Source: Pseudomonadota bacterium
GTDB lineage: Bacteria > Bdellovibrionota > UBA1018
Length of the DNA: 64,000 nt
Assembly (NCBI GenBank): GCA_027485695.1
Contig: JAIXQO010000002.1
Coordinates: forward strand, 602,006-666,005
Direction: 5' to 3'
The number at the start of each line of letters is the position of its first letter. The stretch's first letter is position 1. Shown here piece by piece: positions 1 through 9,490 of the stretch. The notes under the pieces were generated by a model. It made no database searches and was not told the DNA's origin. It saw nothing but the letters and a program-made list of their open reading frames with translations. Made by a program: the position numbers and the translations under genes.

Positions 1-1
1 C

Positions 2-418
2 AGGTCCTTCAATCAGGAATCCCATCTAAGGAACATATCCAGTACAATCTACGCCCAACATCCTAAGCTGGGCGTAGGTGTTCGGACTCCTTACAGAATT
101 GACACCAACGCCAGCTTTGACTTCTTCATTCCCAGCATAAATCGTGAGGAAACCGTTGTTACACTCATCGCGGAAGGTATTTCTATCCTTTACGCGCAGT
201 CAGTAGCTATACCTCAAGAATATGACGCTCTCGGAAATCCAGCGGCTGGAAAGTTACTATTCAAGGCCGTAAATGTTCGGCTCTATCCAAGCAAGCAGGC
301 CATATCGCGTTTTAAAAATAACGCCTTCAATTCTGCGACGAAATACGAATTTAACAACCGTGAATACGAAAACTGCTTACGTAGTCGCATTGCCGCCATC
401 GCTGCTCAGGTTGAATAG
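2..418 (+). CDS. hypothetical protein, 5'-truncated by the window edge
   Basis: Frame +2 is open from base 2 to TAG at 416-418 (...RSRIAAIAAQVE*), just before the next ORF; no recognisable motif. Confidence 0.55.
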   Translation, partial: RSFNQESHLRNISSTIYAQHPKLGVGVRTPYRIDTNASFDFFIPSINREETVVTLIAEGISILYAQSVAIPQEYDALGNPAAGKLLFKAVNVRLYPSKQAISRFKNNAFNSATKYEFNNREYENCLRSRIAAIAAQVE

Positions 419-444
419 TAATATTGACGGGAGGGCATTCCAAC

Positions 445-1500
445 ATGTTGCAAAAAACGCCCCGAATTTTGTGTCAGTTCGGAATGTCCTCTCTCGTGCT
501 TCTTTCGATCGCGACTTCGGTCGTTCGTGCAGACTCATGCGCGCCATATGAGAAACTATCCCGATTCATTCAAGAAAAGGTTCTACCTTCGTCTGGATCT
601 ACATTAGAGCAGCGAGCTGAGGAACTTCGACAGATCCCCACGATTATTGCAGAAATCTCACAATCCATCTATGAAAACTACCGTCTGGGTCGAGGCCTAC
701 CCATTTCAGCCGAAAACTGCCTACCGAGTGGATACAGTGACCGCATACAACACAATATAGCTGCAGTTTTCTTTCATGAGAGCATTCGCGAGATGAACGA
801 GTCGAAATCTCAAACTGCACGATCGATTGCAAAACTCCTTTTGAAAAAAGAACAAGCCGGAGCGTTCATACCGTTTACATTGACCGGACACTGGAAAACT
901 TTAGATCGTCCATTAGAACGCTCGACATCTGATCAATCGCCTCTAGAAACGTCGTCGGCGGGATTTCATCGCGCGCAGGCAGCGGTATTCGCGAACATTG
1001 CGATGATACCTCATAGCGACTGGCTACTCGTTTTTGCGCACGAGATGATTCACGTGATTGACGAACAGATCCACGCTAATCTTAGCATCGTTGCCAATCC
1101 GGACCTTGCTCGAACAGTCGCGCAAATCGCGAATTCAAAAGCCTCCATCAACGAACTGACCCAAGACGAGCGATTGACCTGCGAGAGATTCCTGGTGTCC
1201 GCATTGAATCGGGGCTTCCTCGCCGAACTCAGAGCATGGTGGCTGGTTCGGCAGATCTACCACGAACTTCATCTGCCCCCCATTTTTTGGTTGGAACACC
1301 TGTATGCCGAAGGCACACCGAACAAGTCCACCGAAGCCCGATTCGTTCAGGCTCTGTCCGAGCGTTTTCCCACCAGCTTAACGGGACTTTTCGGACTACC
1401 GATCATACAGGCTTTGGATGCGAATCACCGCTCTAATTGGATCAAATACCCTCGCCGGGTGCCTTGGGGCAGTTTGAAACCATTGGTAAAAAAACTTTAG
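445..1500 (+). CDS. secreted hypothetical protein with HEXXH motif (possible zinc metallopeptidase)
   Basis: Long ORF (track start 424; ATG at 445); hydrophobic N-terminus ending VVRA-D; FAHEMIH motif. Confidence 0.55.
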   Translation: MLQKTPRILCQFGMSSLVLLSIATSVVRADSCAPYEKLSRFIQEKVLPSSGSTLEQRAEELRQIPTIIAEISQSIYENYRLGRGLPISAENCLPSGYSDRIQHNIAAVFFHESIREMNESKSQTARSIAKLLLKKEQAGAFIPFTLTGHWKTLDRPLERSTSDQSPLETSSAGFHRAQAAVFANIAMIPHSDWLLVFAHEMIHVIDEQIHANLSIVANPDLARTVAQIANSKASINELTQDERLTCERFLVSALNRGFLAELRAWWLVRQIYHELHLPPIFWLEHLYAEGTPNKSTEARFVQALSERFPTSLTGLFGLPIIQALDANHRSNWIKYPRRVPWGSLKPLVKKL

Positions 1501-1615
1501 CGAGGAGATTCTGCGGGGGCCAGATTGGCCACGAGCTCTCTTTCCGAATTGGCACGATCGACGGATGATTTTAACCTCGTAATGCCCCTCTAAATTCGAT
1601 TAAATATCGAATGAA

Positions 1616-2578
1616 ATGCTCCAGGCGCCCGCTCACCCCACAGCAATCCTCTCCGGTCCGACTGCCAGCGGAAAAACCGCCCTCGCACTGAGACTCGCTC
1701 GTGAACTGAAAAAACAAAACATCCCCCTCGAGATCGTGAGCTGCGACAGCCTGCTCGTTTACCGGGAGATCTCGATTGGAACCGCGAAACCGACTCGGGA
1801 TGAACTCGATTCGACGCCCCACCATCTGATTGACTGCGCCTCTCTTTCAGAAAACTACAACGCCGGCGATTTCGTCAGACAGGCGGAATCCGCAATCGAG
1901 GAAATCCACTCCCGCGGTGCTCGTGCAATTTTGGTCGGTGGCACCGGATTTTACCTCAAGGCATTTCTGTTCGGCCTCTGGGAGGGTCCAGGCACCAACG
2001 AATCATTTCGTCAGTCGATCGAATCCAAATCGACCGAAGAACTCGCGCGCATGCTGGAACACTCGGACGGCACTTGGCCCTATCCATTCGCCGTGAACGA
2101 TCGGTACCGGATCATCCGACAACTCGAACGCGGCGGCGAAAATGCCCCTTCCTCCCGTGACCGCTCACCTCGAGCGAATGTGGGGTTTTTCTGGATCGAC
2201 GATGAGAGTGAGAAACTAGACGCCCGCATCAACCAGCGAACCAAGACCATGATCTCGGATGGCCTGATCGAGGAAACCAAACGAGCTTTGGCGGAATTTT
2301 CGGAAGCCCGCGCACTCGACTCCGTTGGATACCGAGAAGCTCGGCGCTACCTCTCGGGCCAAGAACCCGAAGGACGCAAGGTCAAACCAGGACTCGAAGG
2401 ACTTGCAGACGAAATTTCGTTATCGACGAGACAACTCGTTAAGAAGCAGCGAACCTTTTATCGCGGGCAGTTCAAAGCGCATCCACTCGTCCAGGCGCGT
2501 GAGTATGATTTCCCGAACGAAGAACCACGTATCCTTCAAGATTTACTCAATTTCTACGGAGCGAGATCCATTCCATGA
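1616..2578 (+). CDS. miaA: tRNA dimethylallyltransferase
   Basis: GPTASGKT P-loop, DSLLVYREISIGTAKP, LVGGTGFY, TRQLVKKQRT motifs. Confidence 0.95.
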   Translation: MLQAPAHPTAILSGPTASGKTALALRLARELKKQNIPLEIVSCDSLLVYREISIGTAKPTRDELDSTPHHLIDCASLSENYNAGDFVRQAESAIEEIHSRGARAILVGGTGFYLKAFLFGLWEGPGTNESFRQSIESKSTEELARMLEHSDGTWPYPFAVNDRYRIIRQLERGGENAPSSRDRSPRANVGFFWIDDESEKLDARINQRTKTMISDGLIEETKRALAEFSEARALDSVGYREARRYLSGQEPEGRKVKPGLEGLADEISLSTRQLVKKQRTFYRGQFKAHPLVQAREYDFPNEEPRILQDLLNFYGARSIP

Positions 2579-3444
2579 AAAAAAACAACGGCGATAAAAC
2601 CCTCCCTGATCTCAACCTAAAAGCCGCACGTCGTATCTTTGTCGTCTCCGACGGAACCGGTGAGACCGCCGCCCAGATGACCAAAGCCGCGATGGTGCAG
2701 TTCTCGGGACAAAATATTTTCTTCTCGCGACACAAAAACATCCGGAACGAAATCCAGATCGAAGCGATCCTAGAAGAAGCGCGCGAGAAAAAAGACCTGA
2801 TCGTCTACACGATGGTTTCGCCGACGCTCCGAACGTTCTTGGTGAGTCGTGCAACGGAACTTCATATTCCTTGCGTCGACCTACTTGGACCACTCCTCCG
2901 CGGACTGGCGAGTTATTTCGGCTACGAGCCCAAGGCGATTGCTGGCCTCCTTCACGACGTGAACGAGAGCTATTTCAAGCGAATCGAGGCGATGGAATTC
3001 ACGATTGCCCACGATGACGGCAAAGACTTGAACAACCTGGATCAAGCAGACCTCGTGATCCTCGGCATTTCTCGCACCAGTAAAACACCGCTCTCGATGT
3101 ACCTTTCCCACCAGGGCTGGAAGGTCGTGAACATCCCGATCATCCGGGATTTTCAGCTCCCAGAGCAGGTGCATCAAATTGATCAGAGACGCATCATTGG
3201 ACTCACCATTGAACCCGAAAACCTCACCTTAATTCGACGCAATCGATTGACCAGACTCGGACAAGAGCGCGGTGGGGACTATGCTGACCCCGAGAAGATC
3301 AACGATGAGATTGCGTATGCTGACGAACTCTTTAGACAAAATCGTAAGTGGCCCGTCTTCAACGTAACCGGCAAGGCCCTCGAAGAAACCGCCTCTGAGA
3401 TCATTCGGCTCATGGCGTCGCGACGCTTGACACCTTCCACGTAG
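2575..3444 (+). CDS. ppsR: pyruvate,phosphate/water dikinase regulatory kinase/phosphorylase (DUF299)
   Basis: VSDGTGETA, RIEAMEFTIAHDDG, GISRTSKTPLSMYL, KALEETA motifs. Confidence 0.92.
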   Translation: MKKNNGDKTLPDLNLKAARRIFVVSDGTGETAAQMTKAAMVQFSGQNIFFSRHKNIRNEIQIEAILEEAREKKDLIVYTMVSPTLRTFLVSRATELHIPCVDLLGPLLRGLASYFGYEPKAIAGLLHDVNESYFKRIEAMEFTIAHDDGKDLNNLDQADLVILGISRTSKTPLSMYLSHQGWKVVNIPIIRDFQLPEQVHQIDQRRIIGLTIEPENLTLIRRNRLTRLGQERGGDYADPEKINDEIAYADELFRQNRKWPVFNVTGKALEETASEIIRLMASRRLTPST

Positions 3445-3491
3445 TAGTAGGAGACTTCCAGCCTAACAGTCACTCGAAGGGAAACGATACG

Positions 3492-4427
3492 ATGGCAGCT
3501 CGTGGCTCGAAGGTTTGGTTGAACGGTAAAATTCTTCCGGTGGAAGAAGCGAAAATTTCTCTCTACACGCACGGCCTCCACTACGGGACGGGCGCATTCG
3601 AAGGCATCCGTGCCTACAAACAGACCGCAGGCGGCGGCGCGATTTTTCGCCTCGAAGACCACATCATTCGACTTTTTGAGAGCGCCAAGATCATGGGATT
3701 CACGATCCCCTTCACTCCCGAACAAATCATGAAAGCCTGCGTGGATACCTGTATCGCGAACGGCTACGAAGAGTGCTATGTCCGCCCGCTCGTTTTCATG
3801 GGCGATAGCGCACTCGGCGTTTACGTCGGCGACAATCCTGTCCTCGAAGTCGCCGTTCTCGTCTGGGAATGGGGTTCGTACCTTGGTGACCGCGGCATCC
3901 GCGAGGGTGCGCGTCTCAAGATTTCTACCTACAACCGCCCTCACCCGAACTCGATCATGACCAAAGGTAAGATCACGGGCCAATACGTGACCGGTGCGCT
4001 CGCCAAAAAAGAGGCGAAATCCCAAGGTTTCGATGAAGCACTCCTTCTCGACACCGAAGGTTACTTGGCCGAAGGCAGCGGCGAAAACTTGTTCATGATC
4101 CGCGACGGCGTCGTCAAAACGACTCCTCTCACGACGATCCTGAACGGTATCACCCGCCGGACGGTCATCGAGTATTTCCGCCACCTCGGTTACGCCGTCG
4201 TCGGCGATCGATTCACGCGTGACGAACTCTATTGCGCAGACGAGGCGTTCCTCACTGGAACTGCGGCCGAAATCACGCCGATCCAAAGCGTCGACGGCCG
4301 TATCATCGGCGCCGGAAAACCGGGACCGCTCTCGCAGAAAATCCAACAGGACTACCAGAAAATCGTGCGCGGCGAGATCAAACTCGACTTCATGAAGAAC
4401 TGGTGGACGCCGGTCAAGCCGAGCTGA
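3492..4427 (+). CDS. ilvE: branched-chain amino acid aminotransferase
   Basis: LHYGTGAFEGIRAY, AEGSGENLF, LNGITR, GTAAEITPI class IV PLP motifs. Confidence 0.95.
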   Translation: MAARGSKVWLNGKILPVEEAKISLYTHGLHYGTGAFEGIRAYKQTAGGGAIFRLEDHIIRLFESAKIMGFTIPFTPEQIMKACVDTCIANGYEECYVRPLVFMGDSALGVYVGDNPVLEVAVLVWEWGSYLGDRGIREGARLKISTYNRPHPNSIMTKGKITGQYVTGALAKKEAKSQGFDEALLLDTEGYLAEGSGENLFMIRDGVVKTTPLTTILNGITRRTVIEYFRHLGYAVVGDRFTRDELYCADEAFLTGTAAEITPIQSVDGRIIGAGKPGPLSQKIQQDYQKIVRGEIKLDFMKNWWTPVKPS

Positions 4428-4460
4428 GCACCAGCATCAAAAAACAGGGCCCTCACTTAA

Positions 4461-4892
4461 ATGAACAGATATCTGCTGTGTTTGTTTTCGTCTTTCCTTT
4501 TTGTTTCCTGCGCACAACTTCATCACGTTCAAATCGGTGAAGTGGTGTCCGAACCAAACGGAAACTATCAGCGTTTCGACATCAAGGTAAGCGATACTGG
4601 TGTTGATATCGGCGAAGCCACACAAGTAGCGAAGATCTTCATGAACCAGAGACAGCGAGACACATCCGATGCCGTTGCTGGAATCGTGGGTCTGTTTCAG
4701 ATGGGTCCTCGGACGGGGAATCCAGTTTATAGCTCAAACTACACCTCCAACTTGATTGAGCTCATTTATGCAAAATGCCCGTCAGGAAATATCACCGGTC
4801 TAACTTCGATACGAGAGACCAGAAAATACCCCGTTATTTCTGGTGAAATCGTAAAAGTCACCGGATATTGCATCACCAAAAAAGGCGCCTAA
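4461..4892 (+). CDS. small lipoprotein (paralog 1 of 3)
   Basis: Lipobox FVSC; CPSGNITGLTS...VTGYC motif shared with the next two ORFs. Confidence 0.75.
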   Translation: MNRYLLCLFSSFLFVSCAQLHHVQIGEVVSEPNGNYQRFDIKVSDTGVDIGEATQVAKIFMNQRQRDTSDAVAGIVGLFQMGPRTGNPVYSSNYTSNLIELIYAKCPSGNITGLTSIRETRKYPVISGEIVKVTGYCITKKGA

Positions 4893-4893
4893 A

Positions 4894-5295
4894 ATGATGA
4901 GAACTCTGATCTATCCGCTTATCTGCCTGCTGGTCTCCAGTTGCGCATCTATCAATAGCGTTTCTTTGACTCCCATACCACCTACTCGCAACGCCCCTGT
5001 TCGCGCGCAAAAAAGTCGGGTCATATTTCTCGGCCTAAACTTCGACAACGATTTCGTCGACGGCGTGGTGGACGAACTCAGACGGCAATGCCCGAACGGA
5101 AAAGTCACCGGGCTCCTGACCAAAGATGAAACGATTAATTACTTCTTGTTCTTTGTGTACAAAAAACAAGTCACTGCAAATGGGTATTGCGTACCGAATG
5201 CTCCAATGAACTCAAAACCCAAAACTACGCGTGTGAGTCACCTGGACAGTGAGCTCCTTGGACAAGCAAACGGATCTTCGAATGAAGCAATTTAA
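4894..5295 (+). CDS. small lipoprotein (paralog 2 of 3)
   Basis: Lipobox VSSC; CPNGKVTGLLT...ANGYC. Confidence 0.75.
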   Translation: MMRTLIYPLICLLVSSCASINSVSLTPIPPTRNAPVRAQKSRVIFLGLNFDNDFVDGVVDELRRQCPNGKVTGLLTKDETINYFLFFVYKKQVTANGYCVPNAPMNSKPKTTRVSHLDSELLGQANGSSNEAI

Positions 5296-5611
5296 GATTT
5301 GGCTTCCGATTTTTTCGACGATTGCCTTTGCTGGGTGCGCTCATAGTTTACATATGACCCATGTGAGCGACTCTGCTCTGAGCCATGCGGAATATTCGAA
5401 GAGCAAGGCGATCGAGGCCCGCTCTGAGCAATTCAGTTTTCTTGGTTTTACTACAGATACGGACTATGTAGACCAGGCCTACTCGAAGCTCGCAAAAAGC
5501 TGCCCGAACGGCTCTATTGAGGGAATCACCACCGAGTACTCAACTGACCTCGGTTTCTTATCATGGACAAATATCGTGAACATGCGTGGCCTCTGCACCA
5601 TGCAACCCTAA
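5282..5611 (+). CDS. small lipoprotein (paralog 3 of 3)
   Basis: ATG at 5282 (MKQFKIW); lipobox FAGC; CPNGSIEGITT...MRGLC. Confidence 0.75.
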   Translation: MKQFKIWLPIFSTIAFAGCAHSLHMTHVSDSALSHAEYSKSKAIEARSEQFSFLGFTTDTDYVDQAYSKLAKSCPNGSIEGITTEYSTDLGFLSWTNIVNMRGLCTMQP

Positions 5612-5626
5612 TCAGAAATCGAAATC

Positions 5627-5971
5627 ATGACCACCTCTGGCACCATCCGTTACGCCCTGGGACGCATCGAGCTCGACTTCTACAACAACACCGCGGTTGA
5701 GAAGAAAACCCACGCGATACGCGAGCTTTGCGAGCAGCTCCGTAAAAATCACAACGTCTCCGCTCGCGAGATCGACGCCGAAGAAGCCATCGAATACGGC
5801 GTCCTGGGATTCTCGATGATCTTCCCGACTCGTATGTCCACAGCGACCGCGCAGGACCGAATCGAAAAACTCATGAAAGAGCTCGAAGAAATCTCTCCCA
5901 TGCGAGTCGTGCGCGAGGAATGGGATCTATTTGAGGAAATGTTAGAAGCCGGAGACGGAAGCCCTCCGTGA
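5627..5971 (+). CDS. DUF503 (YlxP-like) family protein
   Basis: Size and KK..IR.L...LR..HNVSA.EID....G.LG pattern. Confidence 0.55.
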   Translation: MTTSGTIRYALGRIELDFYNNTAVEKKTHAIRELCEQLRKNHNVSAREIDAEEAIEYGVLGFSMIFPTRMSTATAQDRIEKLMKELEEISPMRVVREEWDLFEEMLEAGDGSPP

Positions 5972-6555
5972 ATACTCGATTCAACCGCTATTGGAGTTTC
6001 TACAAAACTCACCAGACTTGGGTTCAGCTCGGTATTTTCATCACGGCACTGACGTTGATGTACGTGTTTATTCCAGGGGTGCGATACGGGCGTATGCGGT
6101 CTGATCTGACCACGCCTCGCGACACTTCCTCGAATCGCTCAACGACTCAAAAACTCGACTGCAAGAACGCCGATAGCGAAGCGTTCACGAATCAATTCAT
6201 GAACGAAATAGCCGAACACGAGAAAGCCGTACTCGGTTCAGATCAGCTCGCATGGAAACGATTTGAAACCTGGATTCAAGGGATTCCTTGTATCGATGGC
6301 GCCTACGCCGAAGGCATCATGGCAGTGTGGGAGAACGGCATCACCCAGAACTGGCCACTCTTCCTCTCCTACTACCGAACGCCAGAGGCCGAAAAACCTC
6401 GGCTGAAACTCATGGTCGAAGCCATCTACAACGCCGACGGAAACGACGTGATCGAAGAGCGTTCTGGAAAAGCGCTCCGGGAGATTTTCGCCCAAAACTG
6501 TCCGCCCGAATTTCAGGACCTTTGCAGCAAGAAACCCTCTCGCCCTAAGAATTAA
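5968..6555 (+). CDS. hypothetical membrane-anchored protein
   Basis: GTG overlaps upstream TGA; one N-terminal TM helix; several Cys. Confidence 0.6.
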   Translation: MNTRFNRYWSFYKTHQTWVQLGIFITALTLMYVFIPGVRYGRMRSDLTTPRDTSSNRSTTQKLDCKNADSEAFTNQFMNEIAEHEKAVLGSDQLAWKRFETWIQGIPCIDGAYAEGIMAVWENGITQNWPLFLSYYRTPEAEKPRLKLMVEAIYNADGNDVIEERSGKALREIFAQNCPPEFQDLCSKKPSRPKN

Positions 6556-7576
6556 ACGTCATTGCACCCAGTTCGCTCTGGAGCTGGTAGGCCGCTTTGA
6601 GTTCAGGAACGGTGACCGTCGCCGTACCGCGCTTGCCAACGACGACGCCGGCGCCGAGATTTCCTAAAATCGCCGCCTCCTCGATGGAACCTCCCGCCGC
6701 AACCGTGAGCGCCATCAGACTGATCACGGTATCGCCGGCGCCCGAAACGTCGAAAACTTCTCGCGCGTAAGTCGGGATCAGTTTGGGTGCGCTTCGACCT
6801 TTTTCAAAAAGCGCCATGCCGTCCTTACCACGCGTGATGATGACGGAGTCACCACCGGTCGCTTTTAAGAGCGCACGCCCGCAAGCCGTCAGCGATGCAT
6901 CGTCGGTGATCGCGATTTTCGTCAGCGCCTCGGCTTCTTTGGTGTTCGGGGTCATGAAACTCGCGCCTTCGTAGAGTGAAAGCGGCGTCTTGGAATTCGG
7001 ATCTACCGCAATCACCAGCCCACGTTTCTTGGCGCGCTTGACGAGCTCAGCGAAAAATCCGCGGTCGAAAATGCCCTTGCAGTAATCTTGAATGATCAGA
7101 ATGTCGGCACGAGCCAACTCTCGCTCCGTCTTGGCGAGCATCTCCGATTTGGTTTTCGCATCGATCGCGCCGGTCGTCTCATAGTCGACGCGGAGCAACT
7201 GCTGGTTCATGCTCACGACACGCTCTTTGAGGATCGTGCGACGAGAGGTGGATCGAACAAGACCCGAGGTTTCAGCGCCGATGCCTTTCATCAGCCGATC
7301 GAAATCTTCTGAATAACGGTCCTTGCCCACGATTCCAACGAGACTCACTCGTCCGGAGAGCGCACGAATATTGTCCGCGACGTTCGCGGCGAGACCGAGT
7401 TTTAGTTTCTCCTCGACCACATGAAGAATGGGCACCGGGGCTTCGGGAGAAATCCGCTCCACTGTACCCAAGGTGTAGCGATCGATCCCCACGTCTCCCA
7501 CGACCAGCACACGAAGTGATTTGAATTTGCCGAGCAGTTCTTCGATACGACTAGGAGAGAGGTTCTGTTTTTTCAT
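6545..7576 (-). CDS. rfaE1: D-glycero-beta-D-manno-heptose-7-phosphate kinase (HldA/RfaE domain I)
   Basis: VGDVGIDRY, RISPEAPVP, TPNTKEA, DVSGAGDTV PfkB motifs; probable start MKKQN at 7576. Confidence 0.92.
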   Translation of the reverse strand: MKKQNLSPSRIEELLGKFKSLRVLVVGDVGIDRYTLGTVERISPEAPVPILHVVEEKLKLGLAANVADNIRALSGRVSLVGIVGKDRYSEDFDRLMKGIGAETSGLVRSTSRRTILKERVVSMNQQLLRVDYETTGAIDAKTKSEMLAKTERELARADILIIQDYCKGIFDRGFFAELVKRAKKRGLVIAVDPNSKTPLSLYEGASFMTPNTKEAEALTKIAITDDASLTACGRALLKATGGDSVIITRGKDGMALFEKGRSAPKLIPTYAREVFDVSGAGDTVISLMALTVAAGGSIEEAAILGNLGAGVVVGKRGTATVTVPELKAAYQLQSELGAMTFNS

Positions 7577-8756
7577 CGATTTTCGGGCTTTCGGATACGC
7601 TAGACGCGTTTGCGCGACTCGCTTGGTGGGCCGCATGAGAAAGTTGACGATTCACTTCATCGAGCGCCTGGCGCGGGAGAATCGTCTTCATACACGGGTA
7701 GTAGTTGCAGACGGAACCGCGGCATTTAAAATCCTCGCCGCAATACACCTCGGGAACCAAAATACTGCGCGCATCTTCGTCCGTTGTATAAGGTCCCCAA
7801 CGAACCGCGCTTTGCACACGTATCGGTGGATAGAAGCTCACGACGCCTTTGCCGAGCGCAACCGCCACATGGAGTGGACCTGTCGACGGCGCCACGACAA
7901 CCGCCACCTCGGTAAACAGCGCGGCAAGGTAGTCCACGCTGAGCGGTTTCGGAGGCACGGATCCGGGCTCGATTCCTGAGAAGGTGATCAATCGTTCGCG
8001 GTTCTCCGAGATCTCGTTCTGAATGCGCTCCAGGAGATGTTCCTCTGTGGGACCTCCCGTCAGAAGGACGGTGTGCCCCTCCTTGAGTAGCGCGCGTGCA
8101 AGCTCCACGTAGTAGTTCTCGGGCCAATTGAGCGCGCTCCCACCCATCCCCGGGTGAATTGCGATCAATCGCGTCGCTCGATCCGGATCAGGCTGATAGC
8201 CACGTTCGCGAAGGTACTCTTTGGCCCACTCGATTCTCTCGGGTCGCACGCCTACGCTCGTCGGCAAGGTTTGCGTCGGAACACGGACGCCGAGTTTCCG
8301 AAGTAACTGAAGGTTGTAGTCCGCCTCATGCATCTCAACGAGTGAACGGCGTTGGCGGGTGCCTCGGTTAAAAAAGAAAAACGAGTGAATCTTGGAAAGC
8401 GGCCCAATGCGATTGGGAATTCCAACGCCGTAGAGCGCCGCCGTCACGCGAAGTTGTGACTGGAGCACGATCACGATTTGAAATCGCTGAGCACGCAGCT
8501 CTTCCATCAGACGGAAAAAACCGCCAATACCGCGGTGCCGCCCTTTAGGTTCGTAAACGAATACTTTGTCCACGTTTTCGATTTCACGCAGGAGTGGAGC
8601 GACGAATTCCTGCACCATAAACGTGATTTGGCTGTTGGGATACGTTTTCTTGAGCGCCGTGATGACGGGTGTACTCAAGATCACGTCGCCCAGACGATCG
8701 GGACGAACAATGAGAATACGAGGTGCGACCGCAGAGGTGCGGGGCAGAATCCTCAT
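7551..8756 (-). CDS. glycosyltransferase family 9 (ADP-heptose:LPS heptosyltransferase-like)
   Basis: RPDRLGDVILSTP, IHPG, W....Y..L, STGPLHVAVALG; next to heptose kinase. Confidence 0.9.
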   Translation of the reverse strand: MRILPRTSAVAPRILIVRPDRLGDVILSTPVITALKKTYPNSQITFMVQEFVAPLLREIENVDKVFVYEPKGRHRGIGGFFRLMEELRAQRFQIVIVLQSQLRVTAALYGVGIPNRIGPLSKIHSFFFFNRGTRQRRSLVEMHEADYNLQLLRKLGVRVPTQTLPTSVGVRPERIEWAKEYLRERGYQPDPDRATRLIAIHPGMGGSALNWPENYYVELARALLKEGHTVLLTGGPTEEHLLERIQNEISENRERLITFSGIEPGSVPPKPLSVDYLAALFTEVAVVVAPSTGPLHVAVALGKGVVSFYPPIRVQSAVRWGPYTTDEDARSILVPEVYCGEDFKCRGSVCNYYPCMKTILPRQALDEVNRQLSHAAHQASRANASSVSESPKIDEKTEPLS

Positions 8757-9490
8757 TGAGTACCCTCGCGCTGAGATACTGCGATCACTTTTTGCGCCAT
8801 CATATCGACGACCTCGTCGAGCGTGAGTTCGCTTGTATCAATCAAAATGGAATCTTCGGCCTGTTTCAGCGGCGCTACTTTGCGGTTTCGATCGGCGGAA
8901 TCGCGGGTTTCGATTTGACGTCGCACCTCTTCGAATGACGGCACGTCCTTGCCGAGCGCTTCGAGTTCGGACAAACGACGTTTTGCCCGCTCCTCTACGC
9001 TCGCCGTCAGGAAAAATTTCACGTCCGCATCTGGAAAAATCACCGTGCCGATATCCCGACCCTCGAGGATCGCGCCTCCAGATGCGCCCATCCGACGTTG
9101 AAGCTCCAAGAGTGCCGAGCGCACCTCGGGAATCGCCGAAATCTGACTCGCGATCAAACTCACCTCGGGCGTACGAATTGCTTCGCTTCGATCTTCGCCT
9201 TCGATGAAGACACGGTTGGAAGGATTCAAATATGGAATCCTTTTGAATTCGATCTTGAGGACACGCGCAAGTTCCGCTGCGCGAGCCTCGTTACTCTCCT
9301 CGCCTCGCTGTTTGAGCCACCATCCGATCGATCGGTAGAGTGCACCCGTGTCCACGTGTGTGAATCCGAGCCGTTCAGCGAGACGCTTAGTCGCGGAACT
9401 CTTGCCAGTGCCCGCGGGCCCATCAATAGCCACGACGACACCCGTCTTAGGAATGCGATGGACTAAGTCAGCAGCGAAATCAGGGCTCAT
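8753..9490 (-). CDS. cmk: cytidylate kinase
   Basis: AIDGPAGTGKSS, DTGALYR, EGRDIGTVIFP, RDSADRNRKVAPL. Confidence 0.96.
   Translation of the reverse strand: MSPDFAADLVHRIPKTGVVVAIDGPAGTGKSSATKRLAERLGFTHVDTGALYRSIGWWLKQRGEESNEARAAELARVLKIEFKRIPYLNPSNRVFIEGEDRSEAIRTPEVSLIASQISAIPEVRSALLELQRRMGASGGAILEGRDIGTVIFPDADVKFFLTASVEERAKRRLSELEALGKDVPSFEEVRRQIETRDSADRNRKVAPLKQAEDSILIDTSELTLDEVVDMMAQKVIAVSQREGTQ

Noticed and set aside
1549-1566. TGGCACG upstream of miaA as a sigma54 promoter
   Set aside because: The -12 position reads GG rather than GC
3279-4346. Long antisense ORFs over ilvE (also over thrS 14586-15683, psd 22892-23641, fadE, and 24555-25412)
   Set aside because: Shadow frames of well-supported genes, explained by codon bias; no recognisable motifs
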